Below are positions 8,155 through 19,111 of a DNA stretch of 24,228 bases, piece after piece. The DNA comes from Hadesarchaea archaeon (lineage in GTDB: Archaea; Hadarchaeota; Hadarchaeia; Hadarchaeales; WYZ-LMO6). Every line of letters begins with the position of its first letter. Position 1 is the first letter of the stretch. The notes under the pieces were generated by a model that did not search any database, was not told the origin of the DNA, and saw only the letters and a program-made list of their open reading frames with translations. Location of the stretch: NCBI GenBank assembly GCA_029259185.1, contig JAPDJF010000049.1, positions 1 to 24,228 on the forward strand, given 5' to 3'. The position numbers and the translations under genes were made by a program.

Positions 8155-8358
8155 ATGGTAGGTAAGACTAAGCTGCCAAAGGCCTCTATCATCCGTCTCT
8201 TCAAAGAAGCGGGTGCTGAGCGCGTTTCCGGGGACGTTGCAGACGCTGTGAATAAGATTCTCGCGGAAATCGCTAAGGGTGCCGTTAAAGCCGCGAAAGC
8301 TGAGAAAAAAAAGACTGTCTCTGCAGCCAACCTGAAGATGGTTGTTGTGGTTACCTGA
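8155..8358 (+). CDS. Archaeal histone-fold protein, atypical variant (67 aa)
   Basis: LPKASIIRLFKEAGAERVS...KKTV histone-fold pattern; strong SD places the start at 8155 rather than 8080. Confidence 0.85.
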   Translation: MVGKTKLPKASIIRLFKEAGAERVSGDVADAVNKILAEIAKGAVKAAKAEKKKTVSAANLKMVVVVT

Positions 8359-8375
8359 TTCCGAGCTCTTGATCC

Positions 8376-8393
8376 CTTTTCTTTTTTGATTTT
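8376..8393 (+). terminator. Oligo-T archaeal terminator after the histone variant
   Basis: TTTTTCTTTTTTGATTTT tract about 20 nt after the stop. Confidence 0.5.
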
Positions 8394-8403
8394 CCGAAAC
8401 CGA

Positions 8404-8997
8404 TCAAGATCCACTCAAATCCTTCTGCTTCAAAACCAGCGTCAGTTCGCCCCTTGTTCGCTCTACGAGTCCCCTCACCACATCTTGTTTGTGCTTGATT
8501 CCCGGGATGATCGCATCGGGATAATCGAACTCCATTAGAAACTCGAAGATATCGTTCATAAGTTCGAACATTTCTCTTGCTCTTTCGATCTCGTCTTTCC
8601 TCATCGAGTCCAATATATATCTCCTCAGCTCCCCCGCACTGTCAGCGAGAGCTAGGAGGTAGGGTTCGTATGGGACCTTTACCTCCTCTGGCTCAGGAAT
8701 CCTTCTCTCTAAAATGAGCGTCTGGACGAGAACGGCCTCGGAGTATTCCTGTTGGGCTGATCTTACAAGCCCCGAACTCGCAAGGACTGGCTCACCCTCA
8801 ATGAGTTCATCTATCTGTCGCAAGTTATCCCGGGCCTCCCTCAAAAGTTCTTCTGCACGCAAATTCTCTCCTCGATGAATGGCAAAAATCGCTTTAGCCG
8901 AAACTCTCACGGTCTTTCTCGACAGGTCGAGCAACTTCTCACGGATCTCAAGCTGGGTATCGAAATACTTTCTAAGCTTCTCAAGCATTCCCTCCAC
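8404..8997 (-). CDS. Translin/Trax family protein (archaeal C3PO-like)
   Basis: AIFAIHRG, QQEYSEA, YLLALADSAGELRR and KHKQDVVR motifs; acidic catalytic residues retained. Confidence 0.9.
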   Translation of the reverse strand: MEGMLEKLRKYFDTQLEIREKLLDLSRKTVRVSAKAIFAIHRGENLRAEELLREARDNLRQIDELIEGEPVLASSGLVRSAQQEYSEAVLVQTLILERRIPEPEEVKVPYEPYLLALADSAGELRRYILDSMRKDEIERAREMFELMNDIFEFLMEFDYPDAIIPGIKHKQDVVRGLVERTRGELTLVLKQKDLSGS

Positions 8998-9023
8998 GAT
9001 ACCCTTTTTGTCTTTCCATTATT

Positions 9024-9449
9024 TTAAGTTGTGAACTCCTTGGTTGGGCGGAGGATGTTAGTCTTGTGGTATCTCAATTTGAGAATCGCGCCCTTCCTCT
9101 CCAAATTGTTGATCAGTGCGCTCAGTTTAGATTTCGACATGTCTAATCTCCTTCTCAGCTCATCTTGTCTTATCTCTCTGCACCGAAGTATCTCTTCAAA
9201 CACCGTGCGTTCATCTTCACTCAGTGTCATCATCATCATGCGCATTGTTCGCTCAGTAGCATAACGCTTGAACGAAAAAGTCAAAATAATCGCAATCGAT
9301 CCCGAAACCCCGACCATTATCAGAATAGCCAAGATGACAGACCAAAGTTGAAAACCGCCGTGGGGGCTCAGGACATAGATCAGTATACTCAAACAAAATT
9401 GAAGGATCACCACGAGAGCGATGATGCCAAATGCTTCACGTAACGACAT
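9024..9449 (-). CDS. Membrane-anchored winged-HTH transcriptional regulator (COG2512-like)
   Basis: Two TM helices followed by LSEDERTV...IRQDELRRRLDMSKSKLSALINNLERKG...TNIL. Confidence 0.85.
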   Translation of the reverse strand: MSLREAFGIIALVVILQFCLSILIYVLSPHGGFQLWSVILAILIMVGVSGSIAIILTFSFKRYATERTMRMMMMTLSEDERTVFEEILRCREIRQDELRRRLDMSKSKLSALINNLERKGAILKLRYHKTNILRPTKEFTT

Positions 9450-9723
9450 TTTCTACCTCTTAGCCTACCCAGATTATAATGTTAACGATTTCTCGCCCTT
9501 TCGGACGGGGCCTCCTCGCGGTGGTCAAGATGAAAATGAAAAGATTGATCTCTATGCCTTGAAAGAAGATTTTTTAGGATTTTATGAACGAATCAGAGCT
9601 AAATCTTTTCTAATTTTTAGATTTCCTCCATAAAAAAAGTCTATTTTGTCTCACCCAAAAAACTGTCTTTGGAGATTTTTCAAATACCCCTTCCAAGAGA
9701 GAACTAAACGGAGGTGAAGAAGA

Positions 9724-11115
9724 ATGGATCATGCAGGAGTGGCTCCACTGATGGTGGCAGTGGTAGTGGTGGCCTCACTCAGTGCCTCAGTTGCAGCACC
9801 CGTAGCGGTGGACACCGTGAACGTGGACCCAGATCATCCACTCTACGTGCTTGAACGTTTAGGCGAGCGAATCAGGGGAGCGAACCCGACTGATCTGATG
9901 ATGGAGAGGTGGACGGAGTACAAGCGCCTCGTCGACCGCGGAAAAGGTCTCAAGTACAAGCACATACTAGATGACTTCGTTCATGAGATGAGAAAAGTCG
10001 CTCCAGGAGACGTTGAGCCCAAGATGAAGATTGTGCAATGGATGCAAGAGCAAATGCCTGGGATCGGACTAGTCCAGCTGAAGCTATGCGAAGACGTGCT
10101 ATCGAAATGCAAAGAAGCGCTGGCCGATGTGCCTGAGGTCTCAAAGATGTTAGAAAACGAGATAAAAGCTCTAGAGGAACTCGAAAAAACATCGATCACC
10201 CCCGAGATCATCGAGAACGTGAGGAGCAGACTAACGCTGATCAGAGAGTGGATAGACGAGGTAAGGAAAGGGTACGCCAAACGTCTCCCAGCTGTGGTGA
10301 GCAAATATTTCGACATCGACAACGTATTCGTGAACGTCACGGCCAATATCGAAGCCGAGATCAACATGGAGAGAGTACCGACCTTCAACTTCGAGGAAGA
10401 ACTGGAGGAATTCGAAGAGCTTTTGGCTGAGGTCAATGCTATGCTCGAAGGAGCACCAGCTGAAGTTCCTGGGAAAAGGGCGGCGGAAAGGCTCGTGGCA
10501 AAGGCTGTGGAACTGAGGGATAGGGCCGTCGAGGCATATCGAGAAAACGTTGGTAGGAAAGCATTTGGATTGCTTCAAGCTGGAGAGATGCATCTCCGCA
10601 ACGCAAAACTCATACTCGAAAAGGCGAACGAGTGGGAATGGAAATCCGAAGTCAGGGGAACGTGGGTTCAGTGGAAAGAGAAGTGGGCCGACCTGAAGGA
10701 AGAACTCAAAGAAGGAGAACTCTGGGAGGACATTAAGAAACACTGGGAGCAGTACGCGGAAAGTGTGAAACAGCTGTGGGAGGAGAAGTGGTATGAGGTC
10801 CTGGAGGGAACCGAAAACTTGGCAAGCGTGCAGGAAGTCTCCGAAAATGTGACACTAGAAGAGATCCTAGCCAATCGCAGTGCTTATGTGCATAAGAGGG
10901 TGACCGTGCAGGGAAGAATTGAAAAGGAAACAACCATTTTTGGAAGAACTCTGTATTACCTCGTCTCCGGTGGAAATAGGATCTTGCTCTCCGGACAAGA
11001 ACTCAGTCCGTACGTAGATAAAGAAGTGACGGTGAGCGGAGAGGTCGAGATATCAGTAGGCTATGGAGTAGGAATTTCGATAGAGGTCACCGCCGTGGTC
11101 GAGGTTACTCACTAA
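9724..11115 (+). CDS. Secreted/anchored helical protein: class III-like signal, DUF5667-like N-domain, coiled coil, Trp-rich segment, C-terminal OB-fold-like domain
   Basis: 463 aa; SD GGAGGTGA at 9710-9717; AG/VAPLMVAVVVV N-terminus; DPDHPLYVLERLGE; TLEEILANRSAYVHKRVTVQGRI. Confidence 0.7.
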   Translation: MDHAGVAPLMVAVVVVASLSASVAAPVAVDTVNVDPDHPLYVLERLGERIRGANPTDLMMERWTEYKRLVDRGKGLKYKHILDDFVHEMRKVAPGDVEPKMKIVQWMQEQMPGIGLVQLKLCEDVLSKCKEALADVPEVSKMLENEIKALEELEKTSITPEIIENVRSRLTLIREWIDEVRKGYAKRLPAVVSKYFDIDNVFVNVTANIEAEINMERVPTFNFEEELEEFEELLAEVNAMLEGAPAEVPGKRAAERLVAKAVELRDRAVEAYRENVGRKAFGLLQAGEMHLRNAKLILEKANEWEWKSEVRGTWVQWKEKWADLKEELKEGELWEDIKKHWEQYAESVKQLWEEKWYEVLEGTENLASVQEVSENVTLEEILANRSAYVHKRVTVQGRIEKETTIFGRTLYYLVSGGNRILLSGQELSPYVDKEVTVSGEVEISVGYGVGISIEVTAVVEVTH

Positions 11116-11124
11116 GTGAGATTA

Positions 11125-11142
11125 TTCTCTTTTTTTCTTTTT
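11125..11142 (+). terminator. Oligo-T terminator after the 463-aa gene
   Basis: T-rich tract TTCTCTTTTTTTCTTTTT between convergent genes. Confidence 0.5.
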
Positions 11143-12089
11143 CAAGCCTTCAGCAAGACCACACGGCTTTTCTCGGATTCATCGACGATCGTGTATCCTG
11201 TAAACTTCTCCAACTCCGCCGCGAACTTCCGTATCTCCTCATGGGCTGGCATGAACGAGGGTCCGAGCCTAGATCTCGAATAGCCGACAGGAAAATACGC
11301 TTTTGGCTCGATGAAGTCCGGTTGAGCTTTATCGATGAGCCTAGCGTAAGCCTCAGGACTCCTGAGGCTGAGTCCTCTCACCAGCGTGAGTCTCAGAACC
11401 CTCCTGCAACTGAATGACTTCATCAGCTCCAAACTCTCGTTCAATCTTTCCCAACCATCAGCTATTCTAGGACGACAAACTTTAACATAGGTGTCACGAT
11501 CTGGGGCGGGAAGGGTGATGTAGAGCTGGGTCGGCTCGGTTTCCATCCCTTTGAGTCTTTCAGGCATCGTCCCGTTCGTAACAAGAAAGGTTGTGAAGTC
11601 CCTGCGATGGAACTCCTCCAGTAGATCGCCAAGTTTTTCGTACATCGTCGGCTCCCCCGCTAAGCTTATGGCCGCATTGTTTGGATGTTGGGCCTCACTC
11701 CACTTTCGCATGTTCACGTGGGGATTGCCTTTGAATCCGCTCAACAACTCTCTCTGAGCGATTATGCATCTTTCGATTATTTCTTCCGGATCATCCGGTG
11801 GGAGCTCCGACCCCAAGTCCAGTGTTGCCTCAACTTTCCTCCAGCAGAAAAGACAGCGATGGGTACAATGGAAGAGAGACGGAGTCATTTGAAGACAACG
11901 CCAGGAAGCTATGCCATAGAACTTGGATTTATAACAATCACCACTCCCGAGGAGACTCTTTTTGGTCCAAAGGCAAACTTTGACTGCACTGTTCTGTCCG
12001 ACTACCCTGTAGCCCTGTTTCTCATATCCTTTCTTGAACGCCCGAAGCTTATCCATCGTGGGGGAAAGTGAAGAAAATCGTCCAACCAT
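11142..12089 (-). CDS. taw1: 4-demethylwyosine synthase TYW1/Taw1 (radical SAM)
   Basis: SAVKVCLWTKKSL, CYKSKFYGI, CLQMTP, CTHRCLFCWR, AISLAGEPT, TNGT and EPKAY motifs. Confidence 0.95.
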   Translation of the reverse strand: MVGRFSSLSPTMDKLRAFKKGYEKQGYRVVGQNSAVKVCLWTKKSLLGSGDCYKSKFYGIASWRCLQMTPSLFHCTHRCLFCWRKVEATLDLGSELPPDDPEEIIERCIIAQRELLSGFKGNPHVNMRKWSEAQHPNNAAISLAGEPTMYEKLGDLLEEFHRRDFTTFLVTNGTMPERLKGMETEPTQLYITLPAPDRDTYVKVCRPRIADGWERLNESLELMKSFSCRRVLRLTLVRGLSLRSPEAYARLIDKAQPDFIEPKAYFPVGYSRSRLGPSFMPAHEEIRKFAAELEKFTGYTIVDESEKSRVVLLKA

Positions 12090-12101
12090 CCTCTCGACCC
12101 C

Positions 12102-13019
12102 TCAACGCATGTAGCGCCACATATCCCTGCCGAGTTTTCCAACCGCATCCGAACGGCAGCGTCTGCAGTGAATCATTTGCCTAATGTACTTTCCGCATTC
12201 TTCTTGGATTTTCTTTTTTTCCTCGGGTGTGGGTGGGGGGATGTGAGAGAACTTATATTGGGGGATCAAAGGAATTATGTTCTGCATGTAAACACCCATC
12301 CCACCCACTCTTCTTGCGACTTCAATGACGTGGTGGTCGTTTATCGTTGGTATGAGGACCGTATTCACTTTCACCACCATCCCTTCCTTTACGGCTTCCT
12401 TGACCCCCTCAAGCTGATTCTTTATGAGGATCCTCGCCGCTTCCTCTCCCTCGTATCTCATACCGTGATATTCAACGAATGAATAAATTTTCGCACCGAT
12501 GTTTGGATCCACCGCGTTTATCGTGACGGTGAGATTTCCCACCCCCACATCCACCAGATCTTTCATCTTATCCAGCAACAACAGTCCGTTAGTGCTCACA
12601 CATCTCATTAGGCGGGGGAATTCTTTTCGAGCGAGTCGAAAGGTTTCAAAAGTCTCTTCGTTGAAGAGGGGCTCTCCCGGACCAGCTACCGCGACGACCT
12701 TGATCCAATGGTGTCTCTTCAAAACATCTCGGACTCTCTCTATTGCCTCTCGAGGTTTCAAAATTTTGCTCGTCACTCCTGGTCTGGATTCGTTCACACA
12801 ATCGAACTTCCTGATACAATAATTGCACTGGATATTGCATTTCGGCGCTACCGGAAGATGGATTCTACCGAAGAGATGAGCAGCCTTCTCACTAAAACAG
12901 GGATGCTCCTGAATTTTTCTGAGCTGAGAGGGATCCCATGGTACTTTTTTTCCCTCAACTTCTGCTATCTGGAAGGACGATCTGAGTGTTCTCTCCTCCT
13001 CCTTGGAGTTATTCATCAT
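12102..13019 (-). CDS. nifB: NifB-like radical SAM protein (SAM domain only)
   Basis: HPC, CNIQCNYC, ESRP, AGPG, TVTIN and CRRCRSDAVG motifs all present; start probably ATG 13019 or 13016 rather than 13067. Confidence 0.8.
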   Translation of the reverse strand: MMNNSKEEERTLRSSFQIAEVEGKKVPWDPSQLRKIQEHPCFSEKAAHLFGRIHLPVAPKCNIQCNYCIRKFDCVNESRPGVTSKILKPREAIERVRDVLKRHHWIKVVAVAGPGEPLFNEETFETFRLARKEFPRLMRCVSTNGLLLLDKMKDLVDVGVGNLTVTINAVDPNIGAKIYSFVEYHGMRYEGEEAARILIKNQLEGVKEAVKEGMVVKVNTVLIPTINDHHVIEVARRVGGMGVYMQNIIPLIPQYKFSHIPPPTPEEKKKIQEECGKYIRQMIHCRRCRSDAVGKLGRDMWRYMR

Positions 13020-13166
13020 ACCTTCTAATCTAGCCCGCTTATTTATTTGCACGTACACGAGAAACACGTTTTCAACACCAACTCCAGAAACTCCGGCAAT
13101 TCGCTGGGTTTCGGTTTCCTAGATCTGCTCATTATTTGAGTTCGGAGAGATAAACACCGAAATGAA

Positions 13167-14219
13167 TTGGGAATCCAAATAGACATCAGAAGGCCTTGGG
13201 TCAGAAGAGCTAGACTTCAGACCGAGCTGAGTGATAAGAGGGTCAGGTGCGGAACCTGCGCACATGGGTGCATCATCGGAGAAGGAGAATTTGGGCGCTG
13301 TAGGACGCGGGCAAACATTGACGGCTTCCTCTACACGCTAGTTTACGGACACATCTCCTCCCTTTCCGCAAACCCTGCTGAGAAAAAACCTTTCTTCCAC
13401 TTCTGGCCGGGGCACAGATTTCTAACAGCAGGGACATACGGATGTACTTTTACATGCCCCTGGTGTCAGAACTGGCCCATCAGCAAAACACCGCCGGATC
13501 CTGAAAAAGCGAACTATGTGGGAGCTGAGGACTTCGTGGAGCTCATCTTGAGAGAAGGGTGTGTGGGGAGCTGCTTCAGCTTCAACGAACCGACTTTGTT
13601 TTTTGAGTACGCGCTCGACGTGTTCCAATTGGCCAAACAAAAGGGATTCGTGAATACTTTTGTCACGAATGGATACATGAGTTCGAAGACACTCCAGATG
13701 CTTCATGAAGCGGGGCTGGATGCGATATCGGTGGATGTGAAAGGAGACATAGCGGCTGTGCGGAAGTACTGTGGAGGAGATGTTGAAGTCGTCTGGAGAA
13801 ATGTGCGCGAGGCCAAGCGGCTCGGGATACATGTTGAGGTAGTCAATTTACTCATTCCAGGCGTGAACGATCGGGAAGACCAGATACGCTATCTCGTCAG
13901 GCGTCACCTCCGAGAGGCCGGGAGAGAGACACCTTTACACTTCACCCGCTATTATCCGGCTTACGAGTTCGACGCACCCCCCACACCGATCCCGACTTTA
14001 GAGTTCGCACACGGGATAGCTAAATCCGAAGGCATCGAGTTCGTTTATCTCGGCAACGTCCCAGGTCATCCCTATGAGAACACTTATTGCCCGAAGTGCG
14101 GAACCCTCTTGATCGAACGTTACGGTCTTGAACTGGTGAGGGTGAGATTGAGGGAGAAGAGGTGTGTGAAGTGCGGTGAAAGAATCCCGATAAGGGGAAG
14201 GATACTAGGGACGCTTTGA
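13167..14219 (+). CDS. amrS: AmmeMemoRadiSAM system radical SAM enzyme
   Basis: N-terminal CxxCxxxC...GRCRTR, PAEKKPFFHFWPG, GCTFTCPWCQNW, YLGNVPG, TYCPKCG and C-terminal CxxC. Confidence 0.9.
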   Translation: MGIQIDIRRPWVRRARLQTELSDKRVRCGTCAHGCIIGEGEFGRCRTRANIDGFLYTLVYGHISSLSANPAEKKPFFHFWPGHRFLTAGTYGCTFTCPWCQNWPISKTPPDPEKANYVGAEDFVELILREGCVGSCFSFNEPTLFFEYALDVFQLAKQKGFVNTFVTNGYMSSKTLQMLHEAGLDAISVDVKGDIAAVRKYCGGDVEVVWRNVREAKRLGIHVEVVNLLIPGVNDREDQIRYLVRRHLREAGRETPLHFTRYYPAYEFDAPPTPIPTLEFAHGIAKSEGIEFVYLGNVPGHPYENTYCPKCGTLLIERYGLELVRVRLREKRCVKCGERIPIRGRILGTL

Positions 14220-14260
14220 TCTGGCCCAAACACCTTTTTTGCTTTAGGAAAAGTCATTTG

Positions 14261-15100
14261 ATGGCCAAGAGTCTGCGTGAAGTCCTCAGTGGATCACTCA
14301 CCGAAAACGAGCTGAAAAGGGTGAGGGCATTTGACATCGTGGGGGATATAGCAGTGCTGAAACTTCCAGAGGAACTGCTTCCAAAAAAGAAACTGATCGG
14401 AGAGGGCGTGCTGAAGGTTCATCGAAACGTTAAGACCGTGCTCTTACAAACCACACCTGTGCGCGGAGAATTCAGAACGAGAGAGTTCGAAGTCCTAGCT
14501 GGTGAACCGAGAACCAAGACTATCCACCGAGAAAGTGGATGCGAATTCAAAGTTGATCTGGCAAGAGTGTATTTTTCTCCCAGGCTGGCCTATGAGCGCA
14601 TGCGTATAGCGAGGATGGTGACTGAAGGAGAGGTTGTGACGAATCTCTTCGCTGGGGTGGGGTGTTATTCCATAGTTCTGGCAAAACACTCGGAGGTGGG
14701 GAAAGTATACTCCATAGATAAGAATCCGGAGGCCTTCAGGCTCATGTGTGAAAACATCCGCTTGAACAGGGTTGGGGGAAAAGTGGTTCCCTTGCTCGGA
14801 GATGCTGGAGACGTCGTGAAAAAGGGGTTAGAGGGAAAAGCTGATCGGGTACTCATGCCGCTTCCGGAATTCTCCCGAAATTTCATAGACATCGCGGTTA
14901 GCGCTCTCAAGCCAGAGGGGGGAGTAATCCATTTTTATGATGTGGGGGAGGAACCTGATCCTTTTTCTCCTTCCATCGAGTTCCTGAGCGAAAAGATTTG
15001 TAAGAAAAAATTCAAAATAAAAGTGCTAGAACGGCGGATCATTCGCTCATACGCTGTGCGGTGCTACCACGTTGTGCTGGACCTTCTTCTCCAACGATAA
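14261..15100 (+). CDS. Trm5/Met-10+ family tRNA methyltransferase, Trm5a (Taw21/Taw22)-like
   Basis: FDIVGDIAV, GEFRTR, HRESGC, VYFSPRL, LFAGVG and DRVLMPLP; about 279 aa, lacking the N-terminal D1 domain; start ATG 14261 (TTG 14216 possible). Confidence 0.85.
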   Translation: MAKSLREVLSGSLTENELKRVRAFDIVGDIAVLKLPEELLPKKKLIGEGVLKVHRNVKTVLLQTTPVRGEFRTREFEVLAGEPRTKTIHRESGCEFKVDLARVYFSPRLAYERMRIARMVTEGEVVTNLFAGVGCYSIVLAKHSEVGKVYSIDKNPEAFRLMCENIRLNRVGGKVVPLLGDAGDVVKKGLEGKADRVLMPLPEFSRNFIDIAVSALKPEGGVIHFYDVGEEPDPFSPSIEFLSEKICKKKFKIKVLERRIIRSYAVRCYHVVLDLLLQR

Positions 15101-15178
15101 AGAAAAATTTTAACTTTTTCTGTCAATAAAAGTTTAAAAATCCCTAAAATCTAAAAATAAAACTGTAAGGTGTCTTGA

Positions 15179-15385
15179 ATGGTTGAAATCCCCCTCGCAA
15201 CCGCTGATAGGCTTATACGCAAAGTGGGTGCGAAGAGGGTTAGCGAGGACGCGGCTAGAGCTCTGGCCGAGATTTTGGAGGAGTACGCGCTCTCCGTAGC
15301 TTCGGAGGCCGTCAAATTGGCCGAGCACGCCGGAAGAAGGACCGTCCGAGATGTGGACATCCGCCTAGCCAGCAAACGGCCGTGA
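15179..15385 (+). CDS. Archaeal histone, canonical HMf-like
   Basis: EIPLATADRLIRKVGAKRVSEDA...LAEHAGRRTVRDVDIRLA; TATA TTTAAAAA at about 15133. Confidence 0.95.
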   Translation: MVEIPLATADRLIRKVGAKRVSEDAARALAEILEEYALSVASEAVKLAEHAGRRTVRDVDIRLASKRP

Positions 15386-15747
15386 GCGCGACAACACTCG
15401 CAAGCCCTTTTCAAGAGTCCCTCGTTGAGATCAATCCACTTTTCCTCGCTCTCCACATAAAGACCGTTGCAAGAGGTCTCCACACGTCTCGACCATCGCC
15501 CTTACCATCCCCAAACGGTATGAGGGCAGCCCAGCTTGTTCCCGAGGTTCAGGCAATTCAAAACAACCTTGGACTTTGAAAACACCTGTTGGAGCGTACC
15601 ACCGTCTACATAGGTGTCATCCTACAGGAGCCGAAATAGGATAACAAAGAAGTCCGTAGATATAGGTCACAGCTGAAATCGGACTTAAGTCGAAATATTG
15701 AGCAAAGAAACCAAAAGTCTTTTTTAAGATCACCAAAAAAATGGTTG

Positions 15748-16806
15748 ATGCGTGATACACCATATTTCAAAGAAAGATTGGAATCCATAGAAGTGAAGAA
15801 AAAAAGTGTTTCCCAACTTCTATCCGAGATGGCAAAAACGGGGTTTCAGGGAAAAAAGCTTGGGGAAATCACCGATATATGGGAGGAGATGCTCAAACAA
15901 GACAACGTGACGATATTTTTCGGTTACTCGGGATCCCTCAGCACCACCGGCATGTGGAAGATCGTGTGCTGGTTGATAGAAAGGAGATTCATTGATGTGC
16001 TCATCTCCACAGGTGCTAATATCTCCGAAGACATTTTAGAGGCCATGGGGGGAACCTACTGGCGCGGAACCGACATGGTGGACGATGCCGACTTGCTTCG
16101 ATATCAGATAGACAGGTTTTATGATGTGTACGCGGACGAGCTCGAGTATCGAGAAATGGAAAATCTCATAGCTGAATTCATGGGAGAATTAAAGGAGGAC
16201 TATTCGTTTTCATCGCGTGAATTCCTACACGAATTCGGAAGATGGCTTTCCAAGAGGGGGATCAAATGTATAGTTTCTACTGCATATGAAAAGAAAATCC
16301 CCATCTTTTGTCCTGCCCTCGTGGATAGCGGGTATGGGATCGCCACCGTGCGTGCGAAAAAGAAGATTTGCGTCGACCAGATGAAGGACTTCAGGGAGTT
16401 CATGATGTTGGGGGAGAAGTGCAAGCAAACCGGAGTGATCTACATAGGTGGGGGGGTTCCAAAGGATTTCACTCAACTGCTAGCCGTAGCCCTTGACCTG
16501 ATGAGGGGGGGTGAGGAGGTCTTCCCCCACAAGTACGCCATCCAGATAACCACTGACCAGCCCGTGTGGGGGGGGCTGAGTGGATGCACCCTGAAAGAGG
16601 CTATAAGTTGGGGGAAAGTCTCTGCAGAGGGAAAGTGGGCCACCTGCTACTGCGATGCCACAATCGCTCTTCCCTTAGTAGCCCATGCGTTGAACGAGAG
16701 GGTCGAAGAGAGAAAGAAATATCCTGACCTCTCATGGATGTTTACGGAGGACTTCAAAGAGAAGGTCAACAACTGGTCCTCCACGGAAGAAGTGGATCGA
16801 CGATAA
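15748..16806 (+). CDS. dys: Deoxyhypusine synthase
   Basis: GFQG, STGAN, FCPALVDS, GGGVPKDF and GGLSGCTLKEAISWGK with active-site Lys; DATIALPL. Confidence 0.93.
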   Translation: MRDTPYFKERLESIEVKKKSVSQLLSEMAKTGFQGKKLGEITDIWEEMLKQDNVTIFFGYSGSLSTTGMWKIVCWLIERRFIDVLISTGANISEDILEAMGGTYWRGTDMVDDADLLRYQIDRFYDVYADELEYREMENLIAEFMGELKEDYSFSSREFLHEFGRWLSKRGIKCIVSTAYEKKIPIFCPALVDSGYGIATVRAKKKICVDQMKDFREFMMLGEKCKQTGVIYIGGGVPKDFTQLLAVALDLMRGGEEVFPHKYAIQITTDQPVWGGLSGCTLKEAISWGKVSAEGKWATCYCDATIALPLVAHALNERVEERKKYPDLSWMFTEDFKEKVNNWSSTEEVDRR

Positions 16807-16814
16807 AGATATAA

Positions 16815-19094
<2,280 letters not shown>

Positions 19095-19111
19095 AGGAAC
19101 TAGGGTTGCGG

